Assembly: GCA_963799725.1 (NCBI GenBank)
Contig: CAWCYJ010000025.1
Coordinates: forward strand, 61,840 to 125,839
Source of the DNA: an uncultured Pseudomonadota bacterium
GTDB taxonomy: Bacteria; Chloroflexota; UBA5177; JAJPKF01
Length of the DNA: 64,000 bases
Direction: 5' to 3'
Part shown: positions 10,859 through 21,226 of the stretch, in pieces
Position numbering within the stretch: position 1 is the stretch's first letter
Layout of the letters: the number at the start of each line of letters is the position of its first letter
Program-made: the position numbers and the translations under genes
The notes under the pieces: generated by a model
The model's input: only the letters and a program-made list of their open reading frames with translations
Told to the model about the DNA's origin: nothing
The model's database searches: none

Positions 10859-12574
10859 ATGGAGTCACCTATGGGATCACAGGGTCCGAATGCGCAGCCT
10901 GAGCTTATTCCTCCCCGAATCCAGGCGAACCCATGGATCGTGCTCGTGGTCCTCACTCTCGGGTTCTTCATGATCCTCCTCGACACAACGATTGTGAATA
11001 TTGCTATTCCGGCAATCGAGAAGGGAATTAGCGCAACTTTCGACCAGATTCTGTGGATCCTGAACGGCTACATTCTTGTCTATGCTGTTCTGCTGATTAC
11101 GACTGGGCGTCTTGGCGACATGTTCGGCCCCAAACGCCTCTTCATAGCAGGGCTTGTGCTCTTTACGCTTTCGTCTGCTGCCTGTGGATTCGCCCAAAAC
11201 TCGACTCAGCTGATCATATTCCGTGTTATTCAGGGAGTTGGTGGCGCTATTCTGACTCCCCAGACCCTCTCGGTGATCACCACGATCTTCCCTCCAGAAC
11301 GGCGAGGCGCGGCTTTCGGCGTTTGGGGAGCAGTCGGAGGCGTCGCGGCGGTCGTCGGGCCCACACTTGGTGGTTTTCTTGTGACATCTGCCAGTTGGCG
11401 GGCAATCTTCTATATCAACGTGCCGGTTGGGATCATTGCCGTAGTGGCGGCGGTACTTCTTATGCCGGAGATCCGGTCACGCCGACGGCACGAGCTTGAT
11501 TTTACGGGAGTGGGACTGGCATCCACCGGCTTATTTTTAGGCGTATTTGCACTCATCGAAGGGCAGCGCTTCAACTGGGGACCAATCAATACCTTCGCGT
11601 CCTTTTCGATCGGTTCCACCAGGTGGAGTTTGATCAGCATCTATAGCTTGCTGCTGTATGGAGTAGTCCTGCTTGTCGTCTTTGTACTGCTTGAACGTGG
11701 AAAGGCGGAGCCCTTACTGCCCCTGTCGCTGTTTGCCGACCGAAACTACTCTATTGCCAACTTCGTGTCGGCGGGTGTTTCTTACTCAATCCTCGGAATC
11801 TTCCTGCCGATGACGATCTTTCTTCAGTCCGTTCTCGGTTTTTCGGCTGTTCATGCCGGAGTCACCCTCATTCCGATGTCGGGCGTGTCCCTTGTGACTG
11901 CCATATTTGCCGGCCGACTCACTGACAAGATCAATGGCAAGTATGTCCTGATGTTTGGAGGCGTTTGTTTTGCGGCTGGAATGGCTCTCGTGATTCACGC
12001 GCTTTCCCTTTCGGACACTTCATGGGATCTCACATTTCCCCTGGCGATCGCCGGCCTCGGCATGGGTTGTACGTTTGCTCCGATGGTGACCATGGCCATG
12101 CGGGATGTGGAACCGAGGATGGCGGGATCGGCATCAGGCTTCCTCAACACGATTCGCCAGGTGGGACAGGCGATGGGAGGAGCTGTAGGGGGAGCGATTT
12201 TGGGAAACTCCGTTGCAAGCCAGCTTAGTGTGCAGGCCAAGGCTGTAGCCACTCGCGTGCCCACTCCGTATCGTGCCGCGTTCGTTCACGGCTTCAAAGC
12301 TGCTGCGAACGGAGCCCAGAAGTTTGGAACCGGGCAGGTGCCCAGCCCCCGTCTTCCAGCCGGAACTCCGCCTGCCGTCGTACACAAATTGTCTGCGTTA
12401 TTTCGGCTAGTATTTGATCGAGCATTTCTGAACGGGATGCGGCCGCCGATGGTGGTAGCGGTGTGCATCCTCCTCTTAGCTGGGCTCACCGCGGGCCTCA
12501 TGCGAGGCGGGCGCTCAGCACGAAGTGCTCGCGCTGGTCGCCCGGAGCCCGTCCACACCGAGGCTGCCGGCTGA
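10859..12574 (+). CDS. MFS transporter, DHA2 (EmrB/QacA) family
   Basis: ORF of 571 aa with about 14 TM segments and MFS motifs (GRLGDMFGPKR; LxxRxxQGxG). Confidence 0.85.
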   Translation: MESPMGSQGPNAQPELIPPRIQANPWIVLVVLTLGFFMILLDTTIVNIAIPAIEKGISATFDQILWILNGYILVYAVLLITTGRLGDMFGPKRLFIAGLVLFTLSSAACGFAQNSTQLIIFRVIQGVGGAILTPQTLSVITTIFPPERRGAAFGVWGAVGGVAAVVGPTLGGFLVTSASWRAIFYINVPVGIIAVVAAVLLMPEIRSRRRHELDFTGVGLASTGLFLGVFALIEGQRFNWGPINTFASFSIGSTRWSLISIYSLLLYGVVLLVVFVLLERGKAEPLLPLSLFADRNYSIANFVSAGVSYSILGIFLPMTIFLQSVLGFSAVHAGVTLIPMSGVSLVTAIFAGRLTDKINGKYVLMFGGVCFAAGMALVIHALSLSDTSWDLTFPLAIAGLGMGCTFAPMVTMAMRDVEPRMAGSASGFLNTIRQVGQAMGGAVGGAILGNSVASQLSVQAKAVATRVPTPYRAAFVHGFKAAANGAQKFGTGQVPSPRLPAGTPPAVVHKLSALFRLVFDRAFLNGMRPPMVVAVCILLLAGLTAGLMRGGRSARSARAGRPEPVHTEAAG

Positions 12575-12663
12575 TATCTGACGCGGCACTGCAAGGCCCG
12601 CGAAAGATGACCCTAGCGCTGAGAGCTGATGCCGTCCGGCAGTGACTCATCCAAAGGAGGGAG

Positions 12664-14370
12664 CTAAGCAGGTCTCCGTTTGAGCTCAACCAGCACTCGC
12701 TGGGAGGCTGGGCCCGTGTAGTTAAGCTCCCTCCAAACCAATCCAAGGCTTACGACACCTAAAAGGAGCCAAAGGAACGCGAGCCCGACATCGCGGTGAG
12801 TTCCGATGAAGGGAGTTCGGACTCCCATCCACCATAGGTTGTAATTATTGATCTCATAGTTGTCATTCGGGTTCGCGAGGCTCATGTGCATGTTCGGGGG
12901 GATGGGCGATGCGACGAGATCATACTGCTTCTGACCGAATACTCGAAGCGCCGTGATCTCGTAGAGATTCTGATAGCCGATCAGAATTGGACTCCGATCT
13001 ACCGTCCAGTAGTAGTCGTACCAGAAGTGGCCACTCCTATCTCCCCAGTTAAAGCCCTCCCGTGCCTCAAGCTGAGCATGAATTTCCCGGTACCAAAACC
13101 GGTATTGCGGGCTGATGACGCCGACTAGCTGAACCGAAAAGCTCAAAGCCACGACAGCGATGAAGGCAGCCCGCCAGCCTCTCGCGAGAGCGCCCCACCG
13201 CTCCAGAACAATGCCGAGCGGGAACACGAGAAAGGGCGTCGCCGAGTAGATGTATCTTGGGCCCCAGGCGGGGTCTCCGTGCCAGTAGATGACAGTGCTG
13301 AACAAGAGGAGCTCGACAACGAAGATAGCGGCGAAAAGGGCGGTGATGAGCTTGTGCTCTCGATAGAACTGCCGGAGTACGAACGGCACTATGAAGACGA
13401 TTGGCATGTACCAAACGATCCCCTTTCCGGGGCTGACCAGAAGTCCTGACATTCCTCGGAGTATCGGCTCTCCAAATGTTGGGGGGATCCCGGTTTTTGT
13501 TACCGAACCAAAGCGGGCGTAGTTCCAGGCACCGGCTGCCGCGAGTGCCGGGACCAACCCGGCCACAAATATCACCCAATCCTTGAGGATGGAAAGCAGA
13601 AGCGGACGGTCATGTAGCGAATGCCGAATGATAGATCCAACACTACGATCTGTCTCTTCTTCGTCGGCATCTACCGGGTGTAGCAAGGGCTTCCGGTATG
13701 CCATTCTTGCCGCGGCGACATAGAGGGGGAGTAGCGGGAATAGGACGCCTGTGTCATACCGCGTGAGAAATGCACCGCCCAACGACAAGCCGGCGCCGAA
13801 CAAGTTCCATGGGCGACGGAAATTTCCTTGCACATATTTGAGGGTGCAAAGGACAGCGAGCATGAGGAAAAACGTCACCTCCGTGTGCTCCAGCATGCTT
13901 TCAGCGTCGGGCCAGGCGACAGAGGCAAAAGCATAGATCAGAGTCAGAATGACGGCAACCCGACGAGAGAAGCCAAGCCGCAAGGCAATAAAGAAGAAGA
14001 CGATTGCCGTCAGTGCCCCGAAGATATCGTCGAGCATGTGAGTCGCGTAGATGGGTGTGTACCGATAGTCCCCCGTCACGTGGTGCGCCAATGCTTTGCC
14101 GAACACATAGAGAGGTATCATGGCGAAAATCTGTCCGGGATCGTAAATCGTTACCGGAGGCCGATGATAGGCGATCACCATTCGGAGGTCCGTCCAGATC
14201 GGATGGTGAACGAAGATGGTGCCATCATCCACAATCGCCTGAGTCGTTTGATAGCGCAGTAACGTGTCGCCGTTCCCTTGGAGGTCGTTAGGGAACGTGA
14301 AGATGTAGAGCGCAAAGACAAGCAGGCCAAGCAGCGCCGGGAGAAACAGGGCGCGATGACGCGTGAGCAT
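12664..14370 (-). CDS. polytopic membrane protein, putative GT-C fold (ArnT/PMT-like) glycosyltransferase
   Basis: ORF of 568 aa with 11 or more TM helices and large aromatic-rich loops. The family call is tentative. Confidence 0.4.
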   Translation of the reverse strand: MLTRHRALFLPALLGLLVFALYIFTFPNDLQGNGDTLLRYQTTQAIVDDGTIFVHHPIWTDLRMVIAYHRPPVTIYDPGQIFAMIPLYVFGKALAHHVTGDYRYTPIYATHMLDDIFGALTAIVFFFIALRLGFSRRVAVILTLIYAFASVAWPDAESMLEHTEVTFFLMLAVLCTLKYVQGNFRRPWNLFGAGLSLGGAFLTRYDTGVLFPLLPLYVAAARMAYRKPLLHPVDADEEETDRSVGSIIRHSLHDRPLLLSILKDWVIFVAGLVPALAAAGAWNYARFGSVTKTGIPPTFGEPILRGMSGLLVSPGKGIVWYMPIVFIVPFVLRQFYREHKLITALFAAIFVVELLLFSTVIYWHGDPAWGPRYIYSATPFLVFPLGIVLERWGALARGWRAAFIAVVALSFSVQLVGVISPQYRFWYREIHAQLEAREGFNWGDRSGHFWYDYYWTVDRSPILIGYQNLYEITALRVFGQKQYDLVASPIPPNMHMSLANPNDNYEINNYNLWWMGVRTPFIGTHRDVGLAFLWLLLGVVSLGLVWRELNYTGPASQRVLVELKRRPA

Positions 14371-14545
14371 AATCGAACTCAGTTTTCGAAATCGTAAGTT
14401 TTAGGGCACCATAAAAAGCGGCTTCCTTGCATCGCCGGAAGTCGCCCCGGATAAGCCACTATCACTACTATTATCTCCGCTCCGCTAACCGGGGTGACAT
14501 CCGGGTCGCTCGTAGCCTTCGAATGGTCAAGGTCACCAGACCCAC

Positions 14546-16330
14546 TTGATGCAACATAGGGAGTATGGCGCTTGGGGAAGGGATGGAGGCAGCGTGAGGC
14601 TGCGCAAGGTGCTGGTGGCCAACCGCGGCGAGATCGCGTTGCGGATCGTCCGGACCTTACGGGAGATGGACATCCGCTCGGTGGCCGTTTATTCTGACGC
14701 CGACCGTTACGCGATCCATGTATCGGAGGCGGATGAGGCTTACCGCGTAGGACCTCCGCCGGCCCAAGATAGCTACCTGAATGCTGAAGAGCTGATTCGC
14801 GTAGCCGTTGCCTCGGGAAGTGATGCCATTCATCCTGGTTACGGATTCTTGGCGGAGAACGCTGAGTTCGCTCAAGCCGTTGTTGATGCAGAGCTGATCT
14901 TCGTGGGGCCTTCATCCGAAGCGATTGCCCGGATGGGTAACAAGATCCAAGCTAGGGCGACCGCCGTTCGCGCGGGGATTCCGGTGGTCCCGGGCACTGA
15001 GGGGGCTGTTAAGACAGCAGAGGAAGCGAACAGATTCGTCGAGCAGCACGGCCTGCCAGTACTGGTCAAGGCGGGTGGGGGTGGAGGCGGTCGCGGCATT
15101 CGTGTGGTGGACTCTGTAGAGCAGTTACCAGAAGCTTTGGAACGAGCTTCCAAGGAAGCAAATACGTACTTCCATGATCCTGAGGTATATCTCGAACGGT
15201 ACTTCGCAGAGGCTAGGCACATCGAAGTTCAGGTGGCGGGTGATTCCTCAGGTGTCGTCGTAGCGTGGGGAGAGCGAGACTGTTCCACGCAGCGTCGCCG
15301 TCAGAAGCTTATCGAGGAAACGCCTGCGGCCGGGATTTCTCCCGAGGATCGCCGGCACTTGCTGGATGCTGCTATCAAGTGCGCCACCACCATCGGTTAT
15401 GTGGGAATTGGAACCGTGGAGTTTCTCTATGTTGGTCCGTCACAGTTCTACTTCCTGGAAATGAACACGAGGATCCAGGTGGAGCATCCTGTGACGGAAC
15501 AGACGAGCGGTCGAGATCTCGTGCGAGAGAGCTTGGTTCTGGCCGCAGGGGGCAGTGCTACGGTTGACATAACGCCTCGTGGTCACAGCATCGAGGCTCG
15601 AATTAATGCGGAAGATCCGGCTCGGGGGTTCGCTCCCGGCCCCGGACTCATTAGTCGCTATCGAGAGCCGGGTGGGCCGGGAGTACGGGTCGATAGCGGC
15701 GTGTACCAAGGCTTTAACATGCCGGCTAACTATGACTCCCTGATGGCGAAAGTGATCGCGACTGATGTCAACCGCGAGAGAGCCAGGCTGCGCCTCCTAA
15801 GGGCACTGGCCGAGTTTCAAATTGAGGGCGTGCCCACCACTATCCCGCTCGTTCGCAACATTCTCGAGTCTCAACCGTTCATCGCGGGTACGCTGACGAC
15901 AGATTGGCTCGACGCGCATCTTTCCGAAGTCGTTGGGCCTGCCCAAAGCCCTGCCTCGATTGCCAAGGTTCCGGACGAGAAGGAACAAATCATGGGCGTT
16001 GAGGTGAATGGAAAGCGGTTTAATGTCCGGATTTTTGACTCGGGTGCCTCAAATGTGCCCAGGCGATCAAAGGCTCGGGAGAAGAGGACCTCGAAGCGGG
16101 TTCACTCAGCAGGGGACATCGTGAGCCCGATGCATGGAACGATCATGGCTGTAAATAAGAAAGCCGGAGAGTCCGTCGAGCCGGGCGAGACTGTCTTTGT
16201 CATCGAAGCAATGAAGATGGAGAATGAAGTCGCTGCTCCTCGTGCCGGTACGATCAAGGCAGTTGTCGTCGAGCTAGGCCAAACCGTTGAGGTGGATCAG
16301 GTTCTTGCGGAGCTAGACCGGGAGGAGTAG
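14546..16330 (+). CDS. acetyl/propionyl-CoA carboxylase alpha chain (biotin carboxylase fused to biotin carboxyl carrier domain)
   Basis: ORF of 594 aa. ATP-grasp biotin carboxylase motifs (VLVANRGEIA, glycine-rich GGGGGGRG). C-terminal biotinyl domain with EAMKM. An alternative GTG start lies at 14594. Confidence 0.9.
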   Translation: MMQHREYGAWGRDGGSVRLRKVLVANRGEIALRIVRTLREMDIRSVAVYSDADRYAIHVSEADEAYRVGPPPAQDSYLNAEELIRVAVASGSDAIHPGYGFLAENAEFAQAVVDAELIFVGPSSEAIARMGNKIQARATAVRAGIPVVPGTEGAVKTAEEANRFVEQHGLPVLVKAGGGGGGRGIRVVDSVEQLPEALERASKEANTYFHDPEVYLERYFAEARHIEVQVAGDSSGVVVAWGERDCSTQRRRQKLIEETPAAGISPEDRRHLLDAAIKCATTIGYVGIGTVEFLYVGPSQFYFLEMNTRIQVEHPVTEQTSGRDLVRESLVLAAGGSATVDITPRGHSIEARINAEDPARGFAPGPGLISRYREPGGPGVRVDSGVYQGFNMPANYDSLMAKVIATDVNRERARLRLLRALAEFQIEGVPTTIPLVRNILESQPFIAGTLTTDWLDAHLSEVVGPAQSPASIAKVPDEKEQIMGVEVNGKRFNVRIFDSGASNVPRRSKAREKRTSKRVHSAGDIVSPMHGTIMAVNKKAGESVEPGETVFVIEAMKMENEVAAPRAGTIKAVVVELGQTVEVDQVLAELDREE

Positions 16331-16333
16331 CCA

Positions 16334-17158
16334 TTGGCGGTTCTGGCGCGACCCTCCAATTGGATTCCTGCGGTTCCGTCTCGTCGACTTGATTGGAAGT
16401 TGCTGGACTTGGTTTTTCCGCCTCGATGCACTGGCTGCCGACGCGCGGGAGCCTGGATCTGTGACTCATGCTGGAGCAGTGTCTCCTGGCTGGCGGCGAG
16501 CGTCTGTCCACGCTGCGAGCAACCAAGCGCAAATGGTGACTTATGCCTGCGTTGCCGCAGTCCGCGACGCGCTGGAGCAACCACCGTCAGCGCATCTCAA
16601 GGAGCTGGGCTGCCTCAGGCTCCGTCCATCGCCTTCCGAGCTGTGGCGAGATTTGAGGGGAGCGCACGTCAAGCGATTCATGAGCTGAAGTATTCTGCCC
16701 ATTACGACATCGCCACGGTCCTTGGGCCGCTTATGGCGACGAGAGTTATGGACGTGGTTGGGGCGGTTCTCGTTCCCGTTCCGCTACATCCCTCACGTCG
16801 AAGGGAGCGAGGCTACAACCAGTCAGAGCTGCTGGCCAGGCGGATCCGTGCCGTCCTCGGGTGCAGCTTATTGACGAACAGGCTAAGACGGCGAAGGAAT
16901 ACAGGCGACCAGGTGGCACTCGATGCTCTCGGCAGATGGGCCAATGTGGGCGACGCCTTCGAGTGGCGCGGAAAACCGATTGATGCTCCAATCCTGTTGA
17001 TCGATGATGTCTCCACGACGGGAGCAACGCTAAACGCCTGTGCTGCGGCACTTCAAGCTTCCGGAATGACCGACATCCGCGGTCTCGTCTTCGCTTCAGT
17101 TACGCGAGTCTCGGCTCTTAAGACATTCGGTCGCCTTGAAGCTTCAGGAAGAAAGTGA
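16334..17158 (+). CDS. comF: ComF family protein (double zinc ribbon + phosphoribosyltransferase domain)
   Basis: N-terminal CxxC...CxxC ribbon (CTGCRR...CPRCEQP). PRTase motif LLIDDVSTTGATL. Confidence 0.75.
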   Translation: MAVLARPSNWIPAVPSRRLDWKLLDLVFPPRCTGCRRAGAWICDSCWSSVSWLAASVCPRCEQPSANGDLCLRCRSPRRAGATTVSASQGAGLPQAPSIAFRAVARFEGSARQAIHELKYSAHYDIATVLGPLMATRVMDVVGAVLVPVPLHPSRRRERGYNQSELLARRIRAVLGCSLLTNRLRRRRNTGDQVALDALGRWANVGDAFEWRGKPIDAPILLIDDVSTTGATLNACAAALQASGMTDIRGLVFASVTRVSALKTFGRLEASGRK

Positions 17159-17165
17159 GCTCGGG

Positions 17166-18530
17166 CTAAAGCGGTGAAAGCTTCTCGGCCCAGGCCCCTT
17201 GACCATGCGGCGTGGCCAGCAGGCGTTGCTCCACTTGGCGTGGGCGAATTCCTTCGTCGGAGGAGAACGTCCTGACGTTGTTATCCGTGATGCCTCTCCA
17301 CACTCCGCTGCGTTCTTCCTCCCATACCACCTGACCGATGGAGCCGAGGAACCGCATCACATGTTTTTCTCTCGACCGCTCGGCGAGATTTCTCAGCTCT
17401 GAGGAGCGCATCTTCTTGACCGGCTCAGGAACCTGGCTGTCCAGTCTCGCGGCCGCCGTACCGGATCGTTGTGAGTACGGGAAAACATGGATGCCATCGA
17501 AGTCGCAGCCCTCTATAAAGGCCATCCCGTCCTCAAAGTCCTTATCACTCTCGCCCGGGAAGCCGGTAATGACATCAGTTGTAACGGCAACTCCCGGAAT
17601 TTCTTCTCGAATCGCCCGAACCATTTCGAGGTACTGGCCGGTGCTGTACTTCCGTCGCATCCGAACGAGCACGGAGTCAGAGCCCGCCTGCAAAGGCACG
17701 TGGAGATGCCTGCAGAGGCGCGGATCGCGCCAAAGCGAGAGCCACTTGGTATCGAAGTCGCCTGGCTCAACCGAACTAACCCGAACCCTCAGGATTGATG
17801 TCTCCTGCAGAATCCTCTCCAGAAGAGAACCGAGGTTCCCGTAACTCTCGCTTCCATCGCCATAGCTACCCAGGTCGACCCCCGTAATTACAACCTCTGG
17901 ATAACCCTGTTGATGGAACCCCTCTATGGACGCGACGACCTGGGATGGTTCGATACTTCGAGAGCGACCCCTAGCACGCGGAATGATGCAGTAGGAGCAA
18001 GCGCTATCGCATCCATCCTGAACCTTGACCATCGGCCGGCATCGTGTTGCCGTTTCCGACGGATCCAGGAGCCCCTGTGCCACATACTTATCGTCATCCA
18101 TGGGACGCGATACTGTGGAGTCTTCCCGTCCGATAGCTTCCAAAACAATGTCCAGCAGTCGGTCCTTATCGCGATTCCTGACGATTAGCGCATCGGGAAT
18201 GGGAAACCTATTGGCAGTGACTGACGCGTAGCATCCTGTGGCAACCACCATCGCTCCTGGACTCGTTCTTCTCGCCTGCCTAAGAATCTGTCGCGACTTG
18301 CTGTCGCCAACGTGTGTGACGCTGCACGTATTGACGACGTAAATGTCGGCCACGGAGTCGAAGGGTACGGGTTGGAATCCCGCAGCGGCAAACTGCGATG
18401 TTAGCTGATCCGTCTCAGCCTGGTTCACTTTGCAGCCGAGCGTGTAGAAGGCCACGCGTCTTGAGGTAGTCACAGTCTGAATATACGATCTGGGTGGAGT
18501 TGGACGGGTTGGCCTCGACGTACCCCGCAT
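17166..18530 (-). CDS. radical SAM tRNA methylthiotransferase (MiaB/MtaB family)
   Basis: ORF of 454 aa. MTTase N-domain (FYTLGCKVNQAE), radical-SAM CxxxCxxC (CDSACSYC) and a C-terminal TRAM region. The N-terminal motif is most similar to the MtaB type. Confidence 0.8.
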   Translation of the reverse strand: MRGTSRPTRPTPPRSYIQTVTTSRRVAFYTLGCKVNQAETDQLTSQFAAAGFQPVPFDSVADIYVVNTCSVTHVGDSKSRQILRQARRTSPGAMVVATGCYASVTANRFPIPDALIVRNRDKDRLLDIVLEAIGREDSTVSRPMDDDKYVAQGLLDPSETATRCRPMVKVQDGCDSACSYCIIPRARGRSRSIEPSQVVASIEGFHQQGYPEVVITGVDLGSYGDGSESYGNLGSLLERILQETSILRVRVSSVEPGDFDTKWLSLWRDPRLCRHLHVPLQAGSDSVLVRMRRKYSTGQYLEMVRAIREEIPGVAVTTDVITGFPGESDKDFEDGMAFIEGCDFDGIHVFPYSQRSGTAAARLDSQVPEPVKKMRSSELRNLAERSREKHVMRFLGSIGQVVWEEERSGVWRGITDNNVRTFSSDEGIRPRQVEQRLLATPHGQGAWAEKLSPL

Positions 18531-18640
18531 AGCGACTGTATGGTAATACTAGGTACTAATGCGAGTTGGGGCTTTCACGTTCCAGCTTTGACGCACTCGG
18601 CTTGTTGACATTCTGTTCCAAAAAGGGATGATCGAAGCTC

Positions 18641-19219
18641 ATGGACTTCAACGCTTTTCGTAAGACGTTTATTGGCGAGCTCATTGAGGTCGCAGCCATT
18701 GCGATCGTATTGTTCTTGCTGGCCCACATCGCCGTGCAGAACTTTCGGGTTAACGGTTACAGCATGGAACCCACCTTGCACAACGACGAGTTCATCCTGG
18801 TGGATAAAATTTCCTATCATTTCGTGCAGCCCCACGATGGAGACATCATCGTATTCAAATATCCGTATTCCCCGAACACGGACTTCATCAAGCGCATCAT
18901 GGGTGTGCCCGGAGACAGGATAAGCATCCACGCAGGACATGTATACCGAAACGGCAAGCCCCTCGTCGAACATTACATCGCGGCGCAGCCTGCGTACAAT
19001 ATGCGAACTATCCCCACTACAAACAGCACCCTTGTACCCAAGAACGAGTACTTCGTCCTCGGAGACAACCGAAATAACAGTGACGACTCCCACCTTTGGG
19101 GCCTGCTACCGAAACATGACATTATTGGTCGCGCTTTGGTCGCCTACTGGCCGCCTCAGAACTTTGGGTTGCTGGCGTCCAGCTTTTTCTCAGCAACAGG
19201 GTTGGAGGCTTTGTTGTGA
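18641..19219 (+). CDS. lepB: signal peptidase I
   Basis: ORF of 192 aa with boxes B (GYSMEPTL), D and E (GDNRNNSDDSH). Confidence 0.9.
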   Translation: MDFNAFRKTFIGELIEVAAIAIVLFLLAHIAVQNFRVNGYSMEPTLHNDEFILVDKISYHFVQPHDGDIIVFKYPYSPNTDFIKRIMGVPGDRISIHAGHVYRNGKPLVEHYIAAQPAYNMRTIPTTNSTLVPKNEYFVLGDNRNNSDDSHLWGLLPKHDIIGRALVAYWPPQNFGLLASSFFSATGLEALL

Positions 19220-19554
19220 GCGGATACTCACGTGAGCTGTTGAAAGGCGCAGCGGATACCCTTGTGCTCTCCACCGTTGGGGGACGGGAGAAGTACGGGT
19301 ATCAGATAGTGAAGGAAATCGATCGTCGCAGCGGTGGATTTTTCCAATTCAAAGAGGGGACGGTGTACCCGATCCTCCACCGTTTGGAGCGTCAGGGATT
19401 GTTGAAGGCCCGCTGGGAAACGATGCCGAATGGTATTGAACGTCGCTATTACTCTCTAACGGCTTTAGGACAAAAGTCCCTTGACGATAGAATCGAGGAA
19501 TGGAGCGGATTCTCTCAGGCGGTTACACGCGTGACGGCAACGGCTGGAGTTTAG
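19216..19554 (+). CDS. PadR family transcriptional regulator
   Basis: ORF of 112 aa with a winged-HTH signature (GYQIVKEI...GTVYPILHRLERQGLL). Start overlaps the lepB stop. Confidence 0.85.
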   Translation: MSGYSRELLKGAADTLVLSTVGGREKYGYQIVKEIDRRSGGFFQFKEGTVYPILHRLERQGLLKARWETMPNGIERRYYSLTALGQKSLDDRIEEWSGFSQAVTRVTATAGV

Positions 19555-19560
19555 TGTCAG

Positions 19561-19944
19561 GTGGCTGACGAGATACTTGACTCACTCGCGAAAGGTGTCC
19601 GAATGTCCGGGCATACGCGCGATCAGGTCCTACGAGAGCTTCGGTCGCATTTGGCCGAGAGTCGCAGCGAGCTGGAGGCGGAGGGACGGCCAAGTCTAGA
19701 GGCGGAACATGAAAGCATGCGACGGTTCGGCGATCCCATCGAAATCGCGAAGATGCTCACGAAGGTACATCGGCGACCGACTCCTCGGGTTCGTCTAATT
19801 CTCATCACAACATTCGTCCTCGCCGGAATCTCAGCCGCCTTCGGTGCGGCAGGCACTCTCGCGGCGCCTCACCCACAAGTTCATCATCACGTTGTAACGG
19901 CAGCTCATCGGGACGCCCGTCATCGTCAGAAGGAGACCCGGTAG
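19561..19944 (+). CDS. hypothetical protein, PadR-associated (DUF1700-like) with C-terminal TM segment
   Basis: ORF of 127 aa immediately after padR. Charged N-terminal helix and a hydrophobic C-terminus, the usual partner arrangement. Confidence 0.5.
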   Translation: MADEILDSLAKGVRMSGHTRDQVLRELRSHLAESRSELEAEGRPSLEAEHESMRRFGDPIEIAKMLTKVHRRPTPRVRLILITTFVLAGISAAFGAAGTLAAPHPQVHHHVVTAAHRDARHRQKETR

Positions 19945-20094
19945 AACTATCGGGCAGCGGCTAGCCTGGCGTCAGGGGGAGACGAAGGCAGGCTGCAACC
20001 TTTGAGCACCATCCCAGTAGTGCCGGTTCTGGCCGGCTCAAGGTAGTAACGGGACTTCAGCTGACAGACGAAGGAAAAGGGAGACGGAGGGAAC

Positions 20095-20448
20095 TTGGAC
20101 CGACTTTTTCTCGAGGGGATTGACGTCTATGCGCATGGCGGGGTCACGGAGGGGGAGAGAGCAGTTGGCCAGCATTTTCGGGTTGACGTCACCCTAGAGA
20201 TGAGCTTGGAGGCTGTATCCTCCTCTGACTCCCTCGAGCATGCTGTGAGTTACGTCGATATCTATTCGGCTGTTAGGTCTGCTTTGACTGACGCCGAGTT
20301 CAATCTGATCGAAACAGCTGCCAGCCGTGTGGCGGACGCGGTACTGCAGGCCACGAAAGCACCAGCGGTTACCGTTCGATTGAGAAAACTTCTGCCGCCT
20401 CTTCCCGGAGTCTCGGCGTCAGGCGTCGAGATCAGACGGGAAGGATGA
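20095..20448 (+). CDS. folB: dihydroneopterin aldolase
   Basis: ORF of 117 aa: LFLEGIDVYAHGGVTEGERAVGQHFRVDVTL matches the FolB family. Confidence 0.85.
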   Translation: MDRLFLEGIDVYAHGGVTEGERAVGQHFRVDVTLEMSLEAVSSSDSLEHAVSYVDIYSAVRSALTDAEFNLIETAASRVADAVLQATKAPAVTVRLRKLLPPLPGVSASGVEIRREG

Positions 20449-20550
20449 CAGGTAACGCTACTAGATAGCGACCTAGACGGATCTGCTTTAGCTGGGAGTA
20501 TGGGGTCGAGACTGACGAGGGCGGTGCAGCCACTGCATTAGAGGTTGCGC

Positions 20551-21186
20551 TTAGGCCTCATCCTTGTGAGATCGAGGACCAGGCGTGCCGAGCGGATACC
20601 TGGCCACCGGAACGTAATTCGGCCCATGCCGACCCAGGACGCTCTGCATGACCGTCACATGACTCACCGGGACGCGAACTGCAGGGAAGCGTTGTGTTTT
20701 GCAGGCCTGCAGGGAGTTTACGAGTCGGGACAGATCATCACTTCGGACTCGGTCCTTGACTCGACCGAGAGTGATGTGAGGAGTGAAGCCCTTCCCTAAA
20801 TCAATCTCAAATCCTACTTCGCTGAGATTTCTGCTCAGTGATCCGTGGAGTTTCTGTACTTCTGTGATGCCTCGCTTGAGTCCCAGCCAGATGACGCGAG
20901 GCGTCGATCGTTCAGGGAACCACCCAACCTGCCCAGTTTCGAGAAGGAATAGGTCGGGCTTTGTTGAGGCGGCAACTGCGGCCAGCACTGACTCTACCTC
21001 CTTTGAATCGAGACTTCCTAAGAATTGCAGCGTGACGTGAAGTAGATCCGTCGACACAAGCTTCAAACCTGAGGCTGATGGGATCGCTGAGTCGCGAATG
21101 GCTCCTATTAGTTGCTGCTGCGGCGCGCCGATCTCGAGGCACGTGAAGATGCGCCTTCGACCCACTTGACGAGTCGCATTCTCCAC
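20551..21186 (-). CDS. thpR: RNA 2',3'-cyclic phosphodiesterase (2H phosphoesterase, ThpR/LigT)
   Basis: Two H-x-T/S-x motifs (LHVTLQFLG and PHITLGRV). Confidence 0.8.
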   Translation of the reverse strand: MENATRQVGRRRIFTCLEIGAPQQQLIGAIRDSAIPSASGLKLVSTDLLHVTLQFLGSLDSKEVESVLAAVAASTKPDLFLLETGQVGWFPERSTPRVIWLGLKRGITEVQKLHGSLSRNLSEVGFEIDLGKGFTPHITLGRVKDRVRSDDLSRLVNSLQACKTQRFPAVRVPVSHVTVMQSVLGRHGPNYVPVARYPLGTPGPRSHKDEA

Positions 21187-21226
21187 TCAGACCATCGTCT
21201 CGCGGCCATCCAAAAGCGACGAGTCT